DNA of 64,000 nt, from the NCBI RefSeq assembly GCF_009914755.1, contig NC_060941.1; one strand, written 5' to 3'. Source of the stretch: the human T2T-CHM13v2.0 reference genome, Homo sapiens. Both the position numbers and the translations under genes were made by a program. The notes under the pieces were generated by a model. It had not been told where the DNA came from and did no database searches. It saw only the letters and a program-made list of their open reading frames with translations. Positions 27,513 to 40,247 of this stretch are shown in pieces (position 1 is the stretch's first letter; the number at the start of each line of letters is the position of its first letter).

Positions 27513-27737
27513 GGCTCTCTGTTTAGACTTTTATTAACAAATGCAATATGCCAGTAATTCCTCAGAATTATCTGAAGTGGACGCTGTGGCTCTCTGTTTA
27601 GATTTTTATTAACAAATGAAATATGCCAGTAATTCCTCAGAATTATCTGAAGTGGACGCTGTGGCTCTCTGTTTAGATTTTTATTAACAAATGAAATATG
27701 CCAGTAATTCCTCAGAATTATCTGAAGTGGACGCTGT
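27513..27737. repeat. 75-bp tandem repeat x3
   Basis: units start at 27513, 27588, 27663; copies 2 and 3 identical, copy 1 differs at 2 positions. Confidence 0.97.
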
Positions 27738-28148
27738 GATGTGCCGTTCAGACCTCCCTTCAGGAATGGAAACTTGATTTCTTCAGTTGCAGTTTGTGCT
27801 GGGATGGACCTCAGCTGTCAGCCTTCTTCCAGAAGTGCCCCCACTGGAGAAAGCTGCCTCACTGAAGGTTGTGCCTTCTCCCAAAGCAGCTCATACCGGC
27901 AACTCATCAACATGAAGTTCAAAGGCCCAACCTCCTCCCCACTAGCCCTGGACAATTCAGATGGCAATTCTAGCTCCAGAGCTTCCTGCGGTTACTTCTG
28001 CATTGCAGCCCAGCATTTCCTTCTGCCCAGTCGTCCTCACTTCCCCTTTTGGTCACAAGATGCTGATCCCAGGAGCTCTCTGTCATGCCTGTCCTGCACT
28101 CTGATCTCTGTCTTGGAGTCTGCTTCCCAAGGAACTCAGCCAGTGACA
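27723..28148 (+). mobile_element. LTR16-family 5' LTR
   Basis: tgaagtggacgctgtgatgtgcc...cttcagg start; tgcttcccaaggaactcagccagtgaca end, followed by PBS-like actggtgccaagaatgg. Confidence 0.75.
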
Positions 28149-29073
28149 ACTGGTGCCAAGAATGGGCTGAGATAGCAGACACTAAGATGAGACTTTGGAA
28201 CTTGATCCCCTTTCACCCAACTGGCAGTGAGGACCCCTTCACTGGTGACAGGTGAAGCACAGGTAGCCCTGGCACATGGAGCAGAGCGATTTTTGAACTT
28301 TCACCACTGGTGGACTGGGGTGGTGTAGCGGTGGAAGGGACTATGCCAGCCAATGCAATGTATGAGGCCTTTAAAAAGGGACAACCATAGGACAGTAGAA
28401 TTGGGTGGCCATTGCTCTACTTGACTGACACTCCAGAAAACAACAACAACAACAACAAAAACTGAGTGTGATGAATCAGCAATTCAAAGCTAAGTGGGAA
28501 AACCAGAGGACTTCCTTGGTCACATCAAAAGATGCTCTCATTCTCTCTAGAAGAAGGTAAAGAAAGCAGAACACCAGGCCAAAGACGGTTAATTCCCAAC
28601 CAAGTCAGAGTGGCTATGCCAAGGCCATGGCCCCAGCCCCTGTTGGAAAGAATGGGGCCTCAACTCATAAGATGAGGACATCTGGGTTGATGATACTCAC
28701 AAATCTTGGATGCCCAGGTTCCCCTGAACCCTTTGAACTTGAAGAAGTTGTTCACTCTTCCCAATGGGCTAATGCCTTCCCTTGCTTAAATGCAATTCCC
28801 AGGCCTTTTTCCTGCAAGACAGCATGTGTAATATTCAGGATCTGTTCCCCCCTCCTGTCCTGGTTAGTGGGTTAATAACTAGGGTAGAGTCACAGCACAA
28901 CCCAGCCAGAGATGTACTGAACCTGCTGAGGGAGGAAAAGGACTATACGCTAAAGGCATTCTAGGACCTCATCAATATCTCCAGGCAAGAGTTAAAAGAG
29001 GACTTCTGGGACAGGAAGATGAGTGCTAGAATAAGGGAGCAGAACATAAATTTAGATAAAAGAGAGTTGTGGC

Positions 29074-31456
29074 GTTTTGTTTTTATATAGAGATGGTGAT
29101 ATGGTTTCGCTGTGTGCCCACCCAAATCTCATCTGGAATTCCCACATGTTGTGGGAGGGACCCGGTGGGAGGTAATTGAATCATGGGGGCTGGTCTTTCC
29201 CATGCTGATCTCATAATAGTAAATAAGTCTCACAAGATCTGATGGTTATACAAGGAGCAGTTTCCCTGCACAAGCTCTCTCTCTTTGCCTTTTGCCATCT
29301 GTGTAAGATATGACTTGTTCTTTCCCTTCTGCCATGATTGTGGGGCTTCCCAAGCCACATGGAACTGTAAGTCCAATTAAACTTCTTTATTTTGTACATT
29401 TCACAGTCTCAGGTATGTCTTTATCAGCAGCATGAAAATTGACTAATACAGTAAATTGGTACCAGTACAGTGGGGTGTTGTTGAAAAGATACCCAAAAAT
29501 GTGGAGGCGACTTTGGAACTGGGTAACAGGCAGAGGTTGGAACAGTTTGGAGGGCTCAAAGACAGGAAAATTTGGGAAAGTTTGAAATCTCCTAGAGATT
29601 TGCTCAATGACTTTGACAAAAATGCTGATAGTGATATGAACAGTAAGTTCCAGGCTGAGGTGGTCTCAGATGGAGATGAGGAACTTGTTGGGAACTGGAG
29701 CAAAGATGACTCTTATTATGCTTTAGCAAGGAGACTGGTGGCATTTTGTCCCTGCCTTAGAGATTTGTGGAACTTTGAACTTGAGAGAGATGATTTAGGG
29801 TATCTGGCAGAAAAAAATTTCTAAGCAGCAAAGCATTCAAGAGGTGACTTGGGTGCTGGTAAAAGAATTAAGTTTTATAAGGGAAGCAAATCATAAAAGT
29901 TTGGAAAATTTGCACCCTGACAATGCTATAGAAAATAAAATCCCATTTTCTGAGGAGAAATTCAAACCAGCTGCAGGAATTTGCATAAGTAACGAGGAGC
30001 CAAATGTTCATCCCCAACACAATGGGGAAAATGTCTCCAGGGATATCAGAGGTCTTCACAGCAGCCCCTCCCATCACAGGCCTGGAGGCCTAGGAGGAAA
30101 AAGTCGTTTCGTTGGCCAGGCCCAGGGTCCCCAGGCTGTGTGCAGTCTAAGGACTTGGTGTCCTGCATCCCAGCCACTCCAGCCATGGCTGAAAGGGGCC
30201 AACATAGAACTTGGGCCATGGCTTCAGAGGGTACAAGCCTCAAGCCTTGGCAGCTTCCATGTGGTGCTTAGCCTGTGAGTGTGCAGAAGTCAAGAACTGA
30301 GGTTTGGGGACTTCCACCTAGATTTCAGAAGATGTACAGAAACGCCTGGATGTCCAGGCAGAAGTTTGCTGCAGGGGCAGGGCTCTCATGAAGAACCTCT
30401 GCTAGGGAAGTGTGAAAGGGAAATGTGGGGTAGAAGTCCCCAGAGTCCCTACTGGGGCACCGCCTAGTGGAGCTGTGAGAAGACAGCCACCATCCTCCAG
30501 ACCCCAGAATGGTACATCTACTGACAGCTTGCACCATGCACCTGGAAAAGCTGTAGACACTCAACGCCAGCCCGTGAAAGCAGCCGGGAGGGGGACTGTA
30601 CCCTGCAAAGCCACAGGGGCAAAGCTGCCCAAGACCATGGGAACCCACTTCTTGCATCAGTGTGACCTGGATATGAGACATGGAGTCAAAGGAGATCATT
30701 TTGGAGCTTTAAGATTTGACTGCCACGTTGGATTTCAGACTTGCATGGGGCCTGTAGCCCCTTTGTTTTGGCCAATATCTCCTATTTGGAATGGCTGTAT
30801 TTTTACCCAATGCCTGCAACTCTATGGTATCTATGAAATAACTAATTTGCTTTTGATTTTACCAGCTCATAGGCAGAAGGGACTTCCTTTGTCTTGGAAG
30901 AGACTTTGGACTATGGACTTTTGAGTTAATGCTGAAACAAGTTATGACTTTGGGGGACTGTTGGGAAGACATGATTGGTTTTGAAATGTGAGGACATGAG
31001 ATTTGGGAGGGACCAGGGTGGAATGATATGGTTTGGCTATGTCCCCACCCAAATCTCATATTGAATTCTCATGTGTTGTGGGAGAGACCCAGCAGGAGGT
31101 AATTGAATCATGGGGGCAAGTCTTTCCCATATTGATCTTGTGACAGTGAATAAGTCTCATGAGATCTGATGGTTTTATAGTGTGTGGGGGGGGGTGGTTC
31201 CTGCACAAGCTCTCTCTCTTTGCCTGCTGCCATCGATATAAGATGTGACTTGCTCTTCCTTGCCTTCTGCCATGATTGTGGGGCTTCCCCAGCCATGTGG
31301 AACTGTAAGTCAAATTAAACCATTTTCTTTTGTAAATTGCCTAGTCTTGGGTACATCTTTATTAGTAGTGTGAAAACAAACTAATAAAGATGGGGTCTTG
31401 CTATGTTGCCCAGGCTGGTCTTGACTTCCTGGGCTCAAGCAATCCTCCTGCCTTAC
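29074..31456 (-). mobile_element. FLAM/Alu left monomer split by THE1 insertion (29074-29096 and 31389-31456)
   Basis: tagagatgg | gatggggtcttgctatgttgcccaggctgg joins into a contiguous antisense monomer. Confidence 0.8.
29097..31388 (+). mobile_element. full-length THE1 (MaLR): 5' LTR 29097-29450, internal 29451-31023, 3' LTR 31024-31388
   Basis: paired LTRs tgatatggttt...ctaataca, PBS-like gtaaattggtacc, purine tract before the 3' LTR, 5-bp TSD gatgg. Confidence 0.95.
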
Positions 31457-32474
31457 TGGTATGGGTGTACTCTTTCAGAAAATAGGATTTAACTCCATGC
31501 AAGGACCCCTGGGAGATGGCATGAATGCATTGTTAGTATGGCTCCCAGGTGCATGGGAAAGTGATGGCCCCCCACTGAGTGAGGTAGAAGTGCCAGAATT
31601 GCCATGGCAGGCATTGGAAGAAGAGATAAACAGCCAGAGAAGGGGGCACCTTAAAGTGGCTGAAAGTCCAACCAGGGAACAATGTTCATGAAACAACTCA
31701 GAAGAATAACCGTTTTCAAAGCAATGAGGAATGCTTTGCTGAGATGGACACCAGCCTCTCTAAGAAGTTCAGTGGTGACTCTTCCCTGTGGGACAGGGAC
31801 GATGGGAGCAGATGCTGATTCAAAACTGGGCATACTAATAGCAATAGGAAGATAAGACTACAAAACAATAGAGGCCAAGTGATAATGCGTAGCTGCCAGA
31901 AGTCAGGTGGATACAATTAACATCATCAGCAGCAAAGTGAGAGGGCAGCCAAGGTGCCCTAGCTTATAGAGACTGCAAGAAACTGATGGACGTGGAAAAA
32001 GAAAGGAGAGGCCAACAAGAGCATACTCAACATTTATAATAAAAACAAATCAAACATGGCTGATGAGATGAGGCCAGTTGCCCCATAAAAAGTCAAAATC
32101 CCTTGCCTACTTTTCTAATCTGAGCCGGTTTGGGGCTGTGGAACCTATAGATTGAGGAAGAAGTGGGATCCCCAGGAGGAAAGATGCTGCAACACCACTA
32201 CAAGTGTATGCAGTAATGATTCCCCCAGTTCTTCCTCAGAGGAGCCTATTGCCATTTACTCAGGCACTGTACACAGGAGAAAAGGGAATCCCCACACATT
32301 TTGAGGATTGTTGGACATAGAGTCTGAGCTGATACAGATAATCCACACATCTGAAACAGACTCATGGCCTCCACTGTCAGAATAAGAGCAAAAGGGGACC
32401 AGGAAATCAGTATGGTCCTGGCTCAAGTTCAGGTAACAAAGGGTTCACTGATGTCTTCAGCATCTCTGGTTGGT

Positions 32475-32869
32475 TAATATGATTTGGATATGTGTCCCCA
32501 CCCAGATCTCCTGTTGAAATGTAATCTCCAATGTTGGAGGTAGGACCTGGTGGGAGGTGTTTTGGTCATGGGGTGGATCCCTCATGGCTTGGTGCTGTCC
32601 TCTTGATAGTGAATTCTCACAAGATCTGATTGTTTAAAAGTGTGTGCCACCTCCTCCCTCTCTTGGTCTTGCTCCTGCTCTTGCCATGTAACACACCTGC
32701 TTCCTCTTTGCCTTCCACTATAAGGTTTCTGAGGCCCTCACGAGAAACCAAGCAGATGTTGGTGCCATGCTTGTATAGCCTGCAGAACCGTAAACCAGTT
32801 AAATCGCTTTTCTTTATAAATTCACAGTCTCAAGCATTCCTTTACAACAATGCAAGAATGGCCTAACTC
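32475..32869 (+). mobile_element. MSTB-like solo LTR
   Basis: tttggatatgtgtccccaccc...tgttggaggtaggacctggtgggaggtg...gaatggcctaa. Confidence 0.85.
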
Positions 32870-33098
32870 TGCGGTCATTTCTCCAGTCCCTGAATGTATG
32901 AATGGAATAGATACACTGGGTATTTGGCCCAAATTCTCATAGTGGGTTCTTTACTTATGAGACAAGAGCCATCGAAGTAGCGAAGGTAGAAGCCTCTGAA
33001 ACCGCCCTCCTGGACAAGATAATAAATCAAAACGAATATATTATTTTAACGAATTCAGCAGAAATTAGTGCAACTTTAAAGACTTAAAGAATTAAATC

Positions 33099-33276
33099 AG
33101 GGGTCAGCAAACTATAGACCACCCTGGCATGCTATGTGTGAGCTTTGCACTTTTGAATGGTTGCATTTTAAGTGATGATGTAAGTACCTACGTAATAACT
33201 TCTGTTTTGATGCTTGGCTCACAAAAGCTAAAATATTTACTAGCTGGCACATTACAAGAAATGTTTGCCAAGCTCT
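33099..33276. mobile_element. MER58 (hAT-Charlie)
   Basis: caggggtcagcaaactat...aaagctaaaatatttactagctggc...tttgccaagctct. Confidence 0.75.
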
Positions 33277-33533
33277 ACATTAAAGAGGGGTCCCCATCTT
33301 TTCTCTATTTATTTACCAGTCTGCATTTTGCACAAAACAGACAGATCCTGGAGGTTAACAGTGAACTACAACAAACTCGACCAGTAGTAGCCCAATTTGC
33401 AGCTACTTTGCCAAATGTGGTAGCTTTGCTAGAGCAGATTAACATGGGTCCTGGAGATGGTATGTGGTCATTGTCCTGAGGAACGTGTTCTGCTCCTCTT
33501 TTATTAGAAAAGAAGGTTAGAAACAGTTTGCTT

Positions 33534-33969
<436 letters not shown>

Positions 33970-34519
33970 TTACACACTGGTCCATGGTATTGATGACATT
34001 GTGCTAATCAGACCAGATGATCAAGAAATAACCAGCACACTGGAGGCCATGGTAAGATCCACATGCTCTCAGGATAAGCGGGAAATCCTACAGAGATACA
34101 GGGACCTGCCACGTCAGTAAAGCTTTTAGGGTCCCAGCAGGGAGGCATTTTAGCACAGAGGTCAAGACAACAGTCTTGGCTGTTCTCTGCGAAACAAAGA
34201 GTAGATGCTCAGAAATTGAGAGTTAACATGATTATGGTACTGATGATAATTATAACTTTTGATGTTTGGAAGGCCTAGCCCTGCATCTGCTGTTAACCTT
34301 CCCATATCTTTAAGTTATTAACTTTGTTACGCCATGTGGCAATGTGATGCCTTGGATCTAGAATCCTGGAGCTTGATCAAATGTTGGCTCTGCCCTCTTA
34401 GGGATTGTGAAACTCTGAGCATGTTACTTCACATCTCTCTGAAATATGTACATTCTCCCCTGTTAATGATCACTTTGGATTAGATAATATCTAACATATC
34501 TTCCATCTTGAATGCTCCA

Positions 34520-34797
34520 TTGTGGTAGCTGCTACTACATGCTTCTATTTAAACTTACACTTAAATGAATTTAAATTAAATTAAAATTCAGTTCCTAGGC
34601 CACACCAGCCACATTTCAAGTGTTCAACAGTCACTCAAAATAAAAATATTTAAACAATAGTTTAAATATTTTTGAGATGAAATGGTACTGTGCATTTTGA
34701 GGGACAATAATGTCATGGCTAGTGTCTACCACATTGGACAGCAGAGATAAAGAATATTACCATCACCAAAAAAGTTTCTTTGTACATTGTTGCTCTA
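34520..34797. mobile_element. MER3/MER33-type hAT MITE with an internal insertion
   Basis: aaaattcagttcct...cacatttcaagtgttcaacagtcac [insert] atggctagtgtctaccacattggacagc. Confidence 0.8.
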
Positions 34798-35008
34798 AAA
34801 TGCTATCATAATATATTCCAATCTTTTTAAGTTCAATGAACATGCACACACATATGTAAATAAAATATACCCTAGAGCTAACAGAGTACTAAATCAGTCA
34901 TACCATAAGGGCTCAGTACAAGGACATTAATACATATTACATCAAAGTTATAATTATAATAACCTTATGAAATTGTTGCAATCATTCCATTTATAAATAA
35001 GAAATCTT

Positions 35009-35372
35009 AGTTTTCAAAGTTACCCCTCTGCTCACTGAGCTAAATGCATATCTGATTGCCTCCTTTGGAGAGCCTAATCAGAAACTCAAAAGAATACCAC
35101 CATTTGTCTCTTATCTACCTAATGGCCTGGAAGCCCCCTCCCCGCTTCGAGTCTTCCCACCTTTGCTTTGAGTTGTCCTCCCTTTCCAAACGGAACCAAT
35201 GTTCATCTTGCATATATTGATTGATGTCTCATATCTCCCTAGAATGTATAAAAGCAAACTGTGCTCTGACCACATTGGGCACTTGTCAGCAGGACCTCTG
35301 AAAGCTGTGTCACAGGCGCACATCCTCAACCTTGGCAAAATAAACTTTCTAAATTAACTGAAACAACAAAAA
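35009..35372 (+). mobile_element. MER4A-like LTR 3' segment ending in an A tail (processed copy)
   Basis: ctgattgcctcctttggagag...ccttggcaaaataaactttctaaattaactga then A-rich tail; TSD aagaaatctt. Confidence 0.8.
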
Positions 35373-35413
35373 AAGAAATCTTCATTGTTTCAAGTGACAC
35401 CTGCAGCCTCTTA

Positions 35414-35549
35414 CAGCTCACTTGCAGCCTTAACCTCCTGGGCTCCAGTGATTCTCCCACCTCAGCCTCCCAAGTAGCTGGGACTACAGGTGTGTGCCAC
35501 CACACACCACAACTGGCTAATTTCCTTTCTTTCTTTCTTTCTTTCTTTC

Positions 35550-35582
<33 letters not shown>

Positions 35583-35650
35583 ATGTAGAGACAAGGTCTT
35601 GCAATGTTGCCCATGTTGGTCTTGACTTCCTGTGTTCAAGCAACCCAACC
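35414..35650 (-). mobile_element. AluJ internal fragment lacking both ends
   Basis: shares private variants with the Alu at 38325-38620. Confidence 0.85.
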
Positions 35651-36601
35651 CACCCTTGCCCCAGTCATACATCTAAGAAGTGGTGAAGTAAAGATCCAAA
35701 CTCTTTTTTAAGTCCTCATCCTTGGGTACTGTTTCCTACTGTCCTCTAACGTGCTTAGATGCTGATTGCAAGTACAATGCAATGATCTTCTAAATTCCAA
35801 CATGAGAGATTCTCAGGGGCTGGAACTTAAGCAGCCAGGAACTGGCTTTCAGGCCCTTGGAGGCAAAGTATTGCCTTGTTTTCCTCTTGGCTCTCAGGGC
35901 AGCTTTTCAGAAACAAAGGGAACACTGCTTGGAAACGCTTCATTCTTTCTGGCTTTCCAGTCAGTTACTTCTTGCCTCAAGCTGACATTGTGACCACTTT
36001 GTGCGTGTCTCCCCCCGTCTTCATGCATATCCCCCTTTGTTAACACACACATTCATACACATGCACACACATATATTTTTTCTTATACTGTAGCCTGAAA
36101 ATGGCATAGATGTCTGGATGCTGTGTTGTTCCATTAATTTAATAATAATTCCAAAAATATTTTGCTTTCATCCTATATGCCTCTTTCAAAGTTTGCATAA
36201 GTGCACGTGTTTGTGTGGAAAAAAAAGGACTGCCTCATTTTTAGGGTTAGAGGTTCAGAAGAATTCCTCGACACAGGCAAGTTGAGAACTGAATTTTGTT
36301 TTGGAAGGAAAAGGGGGAATCCCATGTGTGAGTTGTGAAATCTAACTGACTGAAGTTCAACTGGATTTAAATATTTTTGAGATGAAATGGTATTGTGCAT
36401 TTTGAGAGACAATAATGTTGCTTAAAAATAATCTGGCTTGGAATTAGAAGACCTCAGTTTTGGTACTAACTCTGCCATTCATAGATGTAGGACTTCAGGC
36501 AGACAGTTAACTACTGAGTCTCATTCTCCTCATCTAAAATGGTAATTGTGATAATACTGGTTTTAGTGGATGCTCTAGTGTATGGCTACATCCATACTGG
36601 A

Positions 36602-37217
36602 TGTAGTGAATGCTGTAATATATGGCTCAGACTCCCATTCAAGACCAAGATAATTATTTTCTAGGTGGAGGAAATGATTATTTTTAATTTTTTTAATTAA
36701 AAAAAGTTTTACAGACAGGGCCTTATTCTACCACCCAGGCTGAAGTACAGTGGTGCTATCATAGCTCAGTGTAGCCTTGAACTCTTGGGATCAAGTGATC
36801 CTCCTGCCTTAGCCTCCCAACTAGTTTGTCTTACAGGCATAAGCCATCACACTTAGCAAGGAAATATTGCCTGCTGACAGCTCATAGGCAAGTCTGTCCC
36901 CAGGAATTGCCCTCAGCCTAAAGCAATCACCTTGCCCAAGCTTATACACCCTTACCAAGAATAGCCCACATACAAAGACTGATGTGTGTAACATACAGAG
37001 ATCCAGTCTTTTTACCTGAATTTGGGATCTCTGAAGTGCTATCCCAGCTCTAGATCCCCAGGAGATCAGCTGATAACTACATTTCAATCCAGTTCCTCCC
37101 TTTGCCCAATTCTGCTTTTCTCACTCCTTCACAGATGGTAGCCTCATGAGCCTTCTCCAAGAAATCACATGTAAGCAAATCTCCATCTTAGAGTCACCTG
37201 GAAATCACCTAGATCCA
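36602..37217 (+). mobile_element. LTR16C-like solo LTR with antisense Alu monomer at about 36681-36857
   Basis: tgtagtgaatgctg...ctcccattcaagacc; caggaattgccctcagc; gcaaatctccatcttagagtc. Confidence 0.7.
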
Positions 37218-38324
37218 TGCTACAAGTCAAAGTTTTGTTTTCTCATGCTCATAACACAAACATCAAGAGAAATGTACTATTAAAAATATGTTTTCTTTTT
37301 ATACTGAAGCGTTTTTTTTTTTCTGAAATATTCAAATCAGGAGAAAACTTTGAAAGATTTAACTCTTTATGTACCAATAAAATAACTGTATTCTGGATGC
37401 GACAATTGAAATATTTAGTGACTTAGCCATTTTAATAGCATCTAAGGTGAGAGTTAGCATAACATAACCTGTTTTAGAGTTTTAAAATAAAATCATCAGA
37501 AAAAGTTTTTTTGCATGTTACCCAAGATACTCATGCTATAACACTTACTACTCACAGTCTCCATTTCAAGATATCTTTCCCAGCAATCACAGTCAAAATG
37601 AATCATTCTTTCCTTACTGCCCCTGTAAAAGACAAGCATAGTTATTTTCATATATGTTTTTCTCCCCCATGGGATTGTGATATTTCCGTAAGGCAGAAAC
37701 TATGTATTATTCACATTTTATCCCCCAGAATTAAGTACATTACTTTCATTTAGGAGGCTGCCTACAAATGTTAGCTGAATGTCAGTTTGGGTAATTATAA
37801 CTGTTATAGTTTACATATATTTAGAGGGCCAATTTTCCCCAATTTTCTCTGAAGACTACAAGAAGAGAAAATGTCTTAAACTGAGGGCTGAGAGATTCAA
37901 GAATGAGGTAAACAAATATTTGTATAAGTATGATATAAAGAAATATTTTTATAATTGTAAGGCTTATTATATGTTAGAAATGGCTACTAAAACCCAAACA
38001 TTTCTGGCCAATTGATCCCTGACAAGGGTGCCAAGACCATTCAAAGCGGGAAAGAATAGTTTCTTCTACAAGAAGTGCTGGGACAACTGGATACCCACAG
38101 GTGAAAAAATCAACTTGGACTCCTACCTCAAACCATATACAAAACTTAACTCAAAATGAATTAATGACTTAAATATAAAAGCTAAAACCATAAAACTCTG
38201 AGAAGAAAACATAGAGTTAAATCTTCATCACCTTGGATTTCTCCATCGATTCTTATATATGATACCAAGAACATAAGCAACAAAAGATAGGACAGATAAA
38301 CTAGACTTCATCAAAGTTCACACT

Positions 38325-38620
38325 TCTTTTTTTTTGAGACAGGGTCTTCCTCTGTCACCCAGGCTAGAGTGCAGTGGTTCTATTGCAGCTCACTTGCAGC
38401 CTCAACCTCTTGGGCTCGAGTGATTCTCCCATCTCAGCCTCCCAAGTAGCTGTGACTACAGGTGTGTGCCACCACACACCACACCTGGCTAATTTTTTTT
38501 CTTTCTTTCTTTCTTTTTTGTAGAGACAAGGTCTTTCTATGTTGCCCATGTTGGTCTTGACACCTGTGTTCAAGCCACCCTCCCACAGGGATGACAGGTG
38601 TGAGCCACCACATCTAGCCA
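38325..38620 (-). mobile_element. AluJ in L1
   Basis: antisense dimer, TSD-like aaagttcacactt/aaaattcaaaactt. Confidence 0.9.
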
Positions 38621-39285
38621 AAATTCAAAACTTTTGTGCATCAAGAGACATTATCATGAAAGTGGAGAGCAAATCCACAGAATGGGAAAAATATTTACAA
38701 ATCACATATCTTATAAGAATCAAGTATCCAGAATATATTAAAAATACTTATAACTCAACAATGAAAAGATAAATCAACAGAAAATGGGCAAAGGACTTGA
38801 ATAGACATTTTCCCAAAGAAGATACATAAATGGCCAACAAGTACATGAAAATATGCTTAACATATTTGCCATTAGGGCAATGTAAATCAATGCCACAATG
38901 AGATACTACTTCACACCCACTAAAATGGCTGTAATAAAAAAAGAATCTCCACCAGTGTTGGTGGGGATGTGGAGAAAGGAGTACTCTTGTACATTGCTGG
39001 TAGGAATGTAAAATGGTTCATTTTACAAATATACCTGTGATGGTTTGTTGGTTCCTAAAATGTTAGACATAAAATTAGCATATGACCCTGAGATTTCGCT
39101 CCTGTATATGTACTCCAAAGAACTGAAAACAGAAGCTCAAACACATATGTGTACACACATGTTCATAGCAGCAGTATTCACAGTAGTCAAAATGTGGAAC
39201 AGCCCAAATGTCCATCAGTGAATAAATGAAAAAACTAATTGTAATAAATGCATATACTACTCAGCCATAAAAAGGAATGAAGTAC

Positions 39286-39476
39286 TGTACCAGACCGTTC
39301 TCACACTGCTATAAAGAAATACCTGAAACTGGGTAACTTATAAAGAAAAGAGGTTTAATTGGCTTATGGTTCTGCAGGCTGTACAGGAAGCACAGCTGTG
39401 GAGGCCTCAGGAAACTTTCAATCAGGCATGTTTTACATGGTCAGAGCCGGAGGAAGAGAAAGAAGGGGGAGTTGCT

Positions 39477-39523
<47 letters not shown>

Positions 39524-39689
39524 CACGCACACACCCCAGATCTCCTGAGAACTCACTCATTATCAGGAGAACAGCAAGGGGGAAATCCACCCCCATAGGC
39601 CAATCATCTCCCACCAGGTCCCTCCTCCAACACTGGGGATTGTAATTTGACATGAGATTTGGGCAGGGACACAAATCCAAGCCAAATCA
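39286..39689 (-). mobile_element. MSTA-like solo LTR with (CA)n
   Basis: ttctcacactgctataaagaaatacctga...gacacaaatccaagccaaatca; TSD agtac. Confidence 0.9.
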
Positions 39690-39822
39690 AGTACTGACAC
39701 ATGCTACAACATGGATGAACCTCTAAAACACACTAAATGAAAGAAGCTAGACACAAAAGATCATCTAGTGTATGATTCTATGCTATATATATATATATTC
39801 AAAACTTTTGTGCATATATATA

Positions 39823-39870
39823 TGATGTTGGTGCAAAAGTAATTGTGGTTTCTTTTGCACCTACCTAATA
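39823..39870. mobile_element. internally deleted MADE1 (mariner MITE)
   Basis: gttggtgcaaaagtaattg...cttttgcacctacctaa inverted ends in a TA context. Confidence 0.8.
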
Positions 39871-40247
39871 CATAAAACATCCAGAATAGATAAATGTATA
39901 GAGATAGAACACAGATTGATGATAGTCAGGGGATAGAAGGAGTGCAAAATAAAGAATAATTGCTTAACGTGTTTTCCTTTGGGGTGATGAAAATATTACA
40001 GAACTAGAAAAAAGTGCACAACAATTGTGAATGTAATAAATGCTACTTAATGGTCACTTTAAAATGTTTATGTTCTATGAATTTAACCTCAATAAATTAC
40101 AGTATTTTAAAATGTTGTAATGATTACTAAGGGAGGTTTTGCAATTTCTTACGTGTTAGCCGTCTAAACTTTGTAGGATTGTTTGGACGCTTTGTTGCTC
40201 TAAAGTCAAAGGAATGGTAATCCTTCGCCCTTCCAGGTCCTTTCGAA

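Larger units (their letters stand above)
38010..40097 (+). mobile_element. L1MB-type ORF2 3' region and 3' UTR, interrupted by Alu, MST and MADE1
   Basis: gacaagggtgccaagaccattcaa; aaatgggcaaaggacttgaatagacattt; ends aatttaacctcaataaa. Confidence 0.9.

Noticed and set aside
27513-27737. Repeat array superficially CRISPR-like
   Set aside because: Head-to-tail units with no spacers, no cas genes, primate DNA.
29443-30924. ORFs of 122-170 aa
   Set aside because: Frameshifted fragments of the THE1 internal region, not a host gene.
36602-37217. Possible 3' LTR of the provirus starting at 27723
   Set aside because: Sequence differs markedly from the 5' LTR and the intervening DNA contains MIRs and unique sequence; more likely an independent solo LTR.
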